A DNA stretch of 39,031 nucleotides. It comes from an uncultured Dehalococcoidia bacterium. GTDB taxonomy: Bacteria > Chloroflexota > Dehalococcoidia > UBA2247 > RBG-13-53-26. Below the pieces are notes generated by a model. It worked only from the letters and a program-made list of their open reading frames with translations, was not told the DNA's origin and ran no database searches. Positions 35,942 to 39,031 of this stretch are shown piece by piece. The translations under genes were made by a program, and so were the position numbers. The stretch spans positions 1 through 39,031 of the forward strand of contig CAZUZX010000001.1 of assembly GCA_964624525.1 (NCBI GenBank), in the 5' to 3' direction. Numbering within the stretch: position 1 is the first letter of the stretch; each line of letters begins with the position of its first letter.

Positions 35942-36694
35942 TTGAAGGAAAAGATTAAGCTTTTGGTAGTTGTCTGGAGCATTGGACTTTTAGGTGGTTT
36001 ACTCTTTTGGCTTCTTCGAATAACCAAGAGGGTTAAGGTTGACGGCTACGATCGAAGAAAGTTAATCCCCAAGGATAGAGGACTAATTTTGATTCATAAT
36101 CATCCCTCACTATGGGAACCAGCTTTATTACCCTTCTTATTTTTCCCTTGGTATCTTTTTTCATTGAGATTTGTTCCCTTTTCCGCCCCGGACAAGAAAA
36201 ATTATTATGATAAATGGTGGTTTTGCTTCCTTAGACCAATTTGCATTCCTATTGAGAGGGGAAACCCGAAGGGGGAAGCGAGAGCTCTAAAAGAGATACA
36301 GGAGCATTTAGTCCAAGGCAAAGTTCTAATCTTAGCTCCGGAAGGGGGAAGAACTTTTAAAGGCGAGGAGTTTAGAGTAACCAGAGAGGGGAGAATAGAT
36401 AATGTGGTGAGAGGCTTACCTGAGATTTATTTGGGGGATAATAAACGATTAAGAAGATTTAAGCCGGGAATCAGCTGGCTTATTTTTAATACCAAGACTA
36501 AAATTCTGCCGGTCTGGACGGAGGGAGGAGAAGGGGTTATTCCTAATGAATTTTCCTTTAAGCTTCCTTTCCCTCGCTTATGGAGACAAACCCGGATAAA
36601 GATTGGAGAACCATTACACTTAGGAGAACTGCCCAAGGATGAAATAATCGAATTTTTGGAAGATTCAATTCTAAAAGTAGGAGCCGGGGTCTAA
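35942..36694 (+). CDS. Lysophospholipid/1-acylglycerol-3-phosphate acyltransferase-family protein
   Basis: 250-aa ORF with a TTG start and an N-terminal TM helix. It has the acyltransferase motif I variant IHNHPSLWE and motif III-like LAPEGGRT. Confidence 0.7.
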   Translation: MKEKIKLLVVVWSIGLLGGLLFWLLRITKRVKVDGYDRRKLIPKDRGLILIHNHPSLWEPALLPFLFFPWYLFSLRFVPFSAPDKKNYYDKWWFCFLRPICIPIERGNPKGEARALKEIQEHLVQGKVLILAPEGGRTFKGEEFRVTREGRIDNVVRGLPEIYLGDNKRLRRFKPGISWLIFNTKTKILPVWTEGGEGVIPNEFSFKLPFPRLWRQTRIKIGEPLHLGELPKDEIIEFLEDSILKVGAGV

Positions 36695-36726
36695 GTTTAA
36701 TAGGTGCTTGGGTTAGAATGAGGTAA

Positions 36727-37587
36727 ATGCAGGTCGAAAAAGCTAAGGAAACAGGGTTTTGCTTCGGAGTCAAACGAGCTCTAAAACTTCTAGAGAAGGC
36801 TATTGAGGAGTATGGGGATGTAGAAACATTGGGCTTTGTGGTGCATAATCGCCAAGTAATTGACAACCTCAGTAAGTTTGGTGTAAAGGTAATAGAGAGC
36901 TTGGACCAAGTCAGAGGTAATGTGGTTATTATTCCTTCCCACGGGGTGTCCCCCCGTATAATAGAAGAGCTCCAGACTAGGAGTTTGAGGATAGTTGATG
37001 CTACATGCCCTATTGTTAAAAAAGCACATATGGCTGCCAAAGGGCTATCAAAAGGAGGGTTTAGCATAATTGTATTCGGGGATCCAGAGCACCCTGAGGT
37101 AAAAGGGTTGCTTGGTTGGGCTGGAGAGGGGGGGCTAGCAACGTTGGATACCGGGGTGGTTTCGAAGTTAGATGAGTTACCCCACCGCTTGGGATTCCTC
37201 TCCCAAACCACCCAAAATCCTGCCCACTTTGCCCATTTCGTGAATAATTTTATTGCCTTGTCTTTACCCCAGATTAGGGAATTACGCATTATTAACACTA
37301 TATGTGATGTCACCAAACGACGTCAGACAGCAGCATTTGAGCTAGCCAAGAGAGTAAACCTAATGATAATAGTGGGGGGGGAGAGCAGTGCTAATACTCG
37401 CCGCCTCACTGAGATATGCAGTTCTACCGGGGTAGAAACACACCAGATTGAAACGGCGGCAGAAATTCAACCAAGCTGGTTGAGGGAGAAAAGCCGTGTC
37501 GGTGTGACCAGCGGTACTTCTACACCAGACCAGATCATAGAAGAGGTAATACTAAGACTAAAGGAACTTAGCGAAGACTCGGTCTGA
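36727..37587 (+). CDS. ispH: 4-hydroxy-3-methylbut-2-enyl diphosphate reductase
   Basis: 286-aa ORF. GFCFGVKRA, VHN, DATCPIVKKAH, SQTTQ, NTICDVTKRRQ and VGGESSANT include the three cluster cysteines. Confidence 0.95.
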   Translation: MQVEKAKETGFCFGVKRALKLLEKAIEEYGDVETLGFVVHNRQVIDNLSKFGVKVIESLDQVRGNVVIIPSHGVSPRIIEELQTRSLRIVDATCPIVKKAHMAAKGLSKGGFSIIVFGDPEHPEVKGLLGWAGEGGLATLDTGVVSKLDELPHRLGFLSQTTQNPAHFAHFVNNFIALSLPQIRELRIINTICDVTKRRQTAAFELAKRVNLMIIVGGESSANTRRLTEICSSTGVETHQIETAAEIQPSWLREKSRVGVTSGTSTPDQIIEEVILRLKELSEDSV

Positions 37588-37654
37588 GAGATTTGGAGTC
37601 TAACCGAGTTTAAGAAATAGGTGGAAGATAATTTCAACCATTGAGGTAGTAATT

Positions 37655-38185
37655 ATGCAGATCAATGTAGCTCAACTACTTAAACAACCTATAGGGTCGA
37701 GTCACAGCTACAAAATAGATAGTGTTGTCAGCTTTGCTGAGAAAGAAATAGTTCAATACTATGTCCAAGGAGAGGTAGAGCTAATACGTATTGACCGGGG
37801 TATTTTGGTTAAAGGTACAGTTGGAGGCAAACTTAGCTTGACGTGTAGCCGCTGTTTAACCTTGTTTGATTATCCACTAACCTTTGAAATAAAAGAGGAG
37901 TTCTTCTCTTCCCTAGATGTGACTAGTGGTACTTCTTTACCCTTAACCGAGGATTCGGCCAACTTCATTATAGATGAGCATCATTTATTGGATCTGAGCG
38001 AGGCAGTGCGTCAATACGCTCTACTTGCTATACCAATGAAGCCATTGTGCTCTCCCAATTGTGCCGGGCTCTGCCCGGAGTGTGGAGCGAATCTCAACCA
38101 AGGAACTTGCCAATGTATACCAGGTTCTCGAAGGTCACCTTGGAGTGAGTTAGAGAAGCTGAATTCAGTAAGAAAGATGAGGTAA
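37655..38185 (+). CDS. yceD: DUF177 / YceD-family protein
   Basis: 176-aa ORF with a C-terminal CSPNCAGLCPECGANLN..C.C motif. It lies immediately upstream of rpmF, which is the conserved arrangement. Confidence 0.85.
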   Translation: MQINVAQLLKQPIGSSHSYKIDSVVSFAEKEIVQYYVQGEVELIRIDRGILVKGTVGGKLSLTCSRCLTLFDYPLTFEIKEEFFSSLDVTSGTSLPLTEDSANFIIDEHHLLDLSEAVRQYALLAIPMKPLCSPNCAGLCPECGANLNQGTCQCIPGSRRSPWSELEKLNSVRKMR

Positions 38186-38189
38186 TCAA

Positions 38190-38384
38190 ATGGCGCCGTT
38201 ACCCAAAAGAAAATATGCTAAGGCACGCCGCGGTAAAAGGCGAAGTCACCTATCCTTAACTTTACCAGCTACTGAACTTTGCCCTCAGTGTCATAACCTC
38301 AAGCTCTGTCACCACGTCTGCCCTACTTGTGGAAGTTATAGTGGCAGAGAGGTTATTGAGATCAAAAGTAAAAAGAAGCCGTGA
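38190..38384 (+). CDS. rpmF: 50S ribosomal protein L32 (zinc-ribbon form)
   Basis: 64-aa ORF with MAPLPKRKYAKARRGKRRSH and CPQC...CPTCG. Confidence 0.93.
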   Translation: MAPLPKRKYAKARRGKRRSHLSLTLPATELCPQCHNLKLCHHVCPTCGSYSGREVIEIKSKKKP

Positions 38385-38440
38385 GTATTAACTTTGGTTC
38401 CCCTCTAAAGTTTACAGAAATTTAACTTGGGATTAACCTC

Positions 38441-39031
38441 TTGTTAAAGACTGCTCTTATTGAGCTTTTTGGCATCGAACATCCTGTTATCCAAGGCGGA
38501 ATGACGTACTTAGGGAATGCAGAGCTCGTGGCTGCAGTATCCAATGCTGGAGGACTGGGAGTCCTTGGCACAGGCAATGCCCCGCCTGAGTGGGTAAGGG
38601 AACAGATTGCTTTAGTCCAAATGTTAACGGATAGACCCTTTGGGGTAAATATTCTGCTGACTTCACCTTTTGTTAAAGAAGTGGTAAAGGTTGTCATCGC
38701 AGCCAGGGTACCTATTGTAGCCACTGGTGGGGGTAACCCGAGCCCTTATATCCCTGAGTTAAGAGTAGCTGGTCTAAAGGTGATGCCTGTAGTTTCAAGC
38801 GTTGTCTTAGCAAAGCACTTAGAAAGCTTAGGAGTCAATGCTCTGGTTGCCGAAGGGATGGAATCTGGGGGACACATCGGAGAATTAACTACCATGGCTT
38901 TAGTACCCCAAGTAGTGGACAGTGTGAGAATTCCGGTGGTGGCTGCTGGGGGGATTGCCGATGGACGAGGGCTGGTAGCTGCCCTGGCACTAGGCGCTCA
39001 AGGTGTTCAAATAGGAACCCGCTTTATCTGT
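38441..39031 (+). CDS. fabK: Enoyl-[ACP] reductase II / nitronate monooxygenase family (FabK-like), 3' end outside the window
   Basis: This ORF is not in the supplied track because it runs off the window. Hand translation from the TTG at 38441 gives LLKTALIELFGIEHPVIQGGMTYLGNAELVAAVSNAGGLGVLG...GMESGGHIG...VVAAGGIADGRG...GAQGVQIGTRF, the FMN TIM-barrel signature. Confidence 0.8.
   Translation, partial: MLKTALIELFGIEHPVIQGGMTYLGNAELVAAVSNAGGLGVLGTGNAPPEWVREQIALVQMLTDRPFGVNILLTSPFVKEVVKVVIAARVPIVATGGGNPSPYIPELRVAGLKVMPVVSSVVLAKHLESLGVNALVAEGMESGGHIGELTTMALVPQVVDSVRIPVVAAGGIADGRGLVAALALGAQGVQIGTRFIC

Noticed and set aside
36558-37316. 252-aa minus-strand ORF
   Set aside because: It is antisense to the well-supported ispH gene and to the acyltransferase 3' end. 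Its composition is Trp/Ser/Pro-rich and not protein-like, and I recognise no motifs.
37374-37381. G8 homopolymer in ispH and C8 run in topA (6227-6234), considered as slippage or phase-variation sites
   Set aside because: Both are in frame within intact essential genes (encoding VGGE and LPPR). There is no evidence of frameshifting.
37574-37610. actcggt / accgagt inverted repeat after ispH, considered as a terminator
   Set aside because: The 7-bp stem has a loop of about 19 nt and no U tract. It partly lies inside the ispH coding end.
38422-38724. 100-aa minus-strand ORF
   Set aside because: It is antisense to the FabK-like ORF that runs off the window, whose plus-strand translation carries the clear FMN-barrel motifs.
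1-39031. CRISPR arrays, transposases, integrases, prophage or recognisable defence-system genes
   Set aside because: Reading the sequence and all ORFs showed no regularly spaced direct repeats and no ORF with transposase, integrase, Cas, restriction or toxin-antitoxin motifs. The window looks like core metabolism and housekeeping genes.

Overview
This 39-kb window is a densely coded (about 90%) bacterial chromosomal segment that looks like core genome from an anaerobe. I found no transposase, integrase, phage gene or CRISPR array. Taxonomy is a guess from gene content only (possibly Chloroflexota/Dehalococcoidia-like) and cannot be verified here.

Gene order:
- Orphan biotin carboxylase, then a decayed oadB remnant on the minus strand.
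- Two tandem tRNA-Ser genes, then a B12-binding radical SAM protein, dprA and topA.
- aroQ, pepP, a palindromic intergenic element, then efp.
- PHP phosphoesterase, PurN-fold protein and an atypical HAD.
- On the minus strand: MoaD-like protein, tungsten-type aldehyde:ferredoxin oxidoreductase, citryl-CoA-lyase-like protein and MaoC dehydratase.
- PfkB kinase, then (minus strand) crotonase, clpP, tig and aspS.
- COG1579 zinc-ribbon protein, RNase HI and the RNase P RNA.
- A MarR gene divergent from a nine-ORF operon: ALDH, SDR, SCP2, two CrtI/CtmAB-like flavoproteins, an 81-aa ORF, a UbiD decarboxylase and a 93-aa ORF.
- A small orphan ORF, then hisZ and a tandem-duplicated hisG.
- Crotonase, acyltransferase, ispH, DUF177, rpmF and a partial fabK-like gene.

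Most interesting observations:
1. The MarR-flanked ALDH/SDR/SCP2/CtmAB-like/UbiD operon. It contains every step of a possible O2-independent oxidation of a methyl group to an acid followed by decarboxylation, acting on a hydrophobic substrate.
2. A HisG that is an internal tandem duplication whose two halves have lost different motifs, next to a full-length HisRS-like HisZ.
3. An Arg-tip EF-P followed by three tightly packed enzymes of unknown role.
4. A roughly 195-bp nested inverted-repeat element inserted into the conserved aroQ-pepP-efp block.
5. A frameshifted, internally deleted and N-terminally truncated oadB remnant beside the tRNA pair.

All family assignments come from reading the translated ORFs and recognising motifs. 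No database search was possible.
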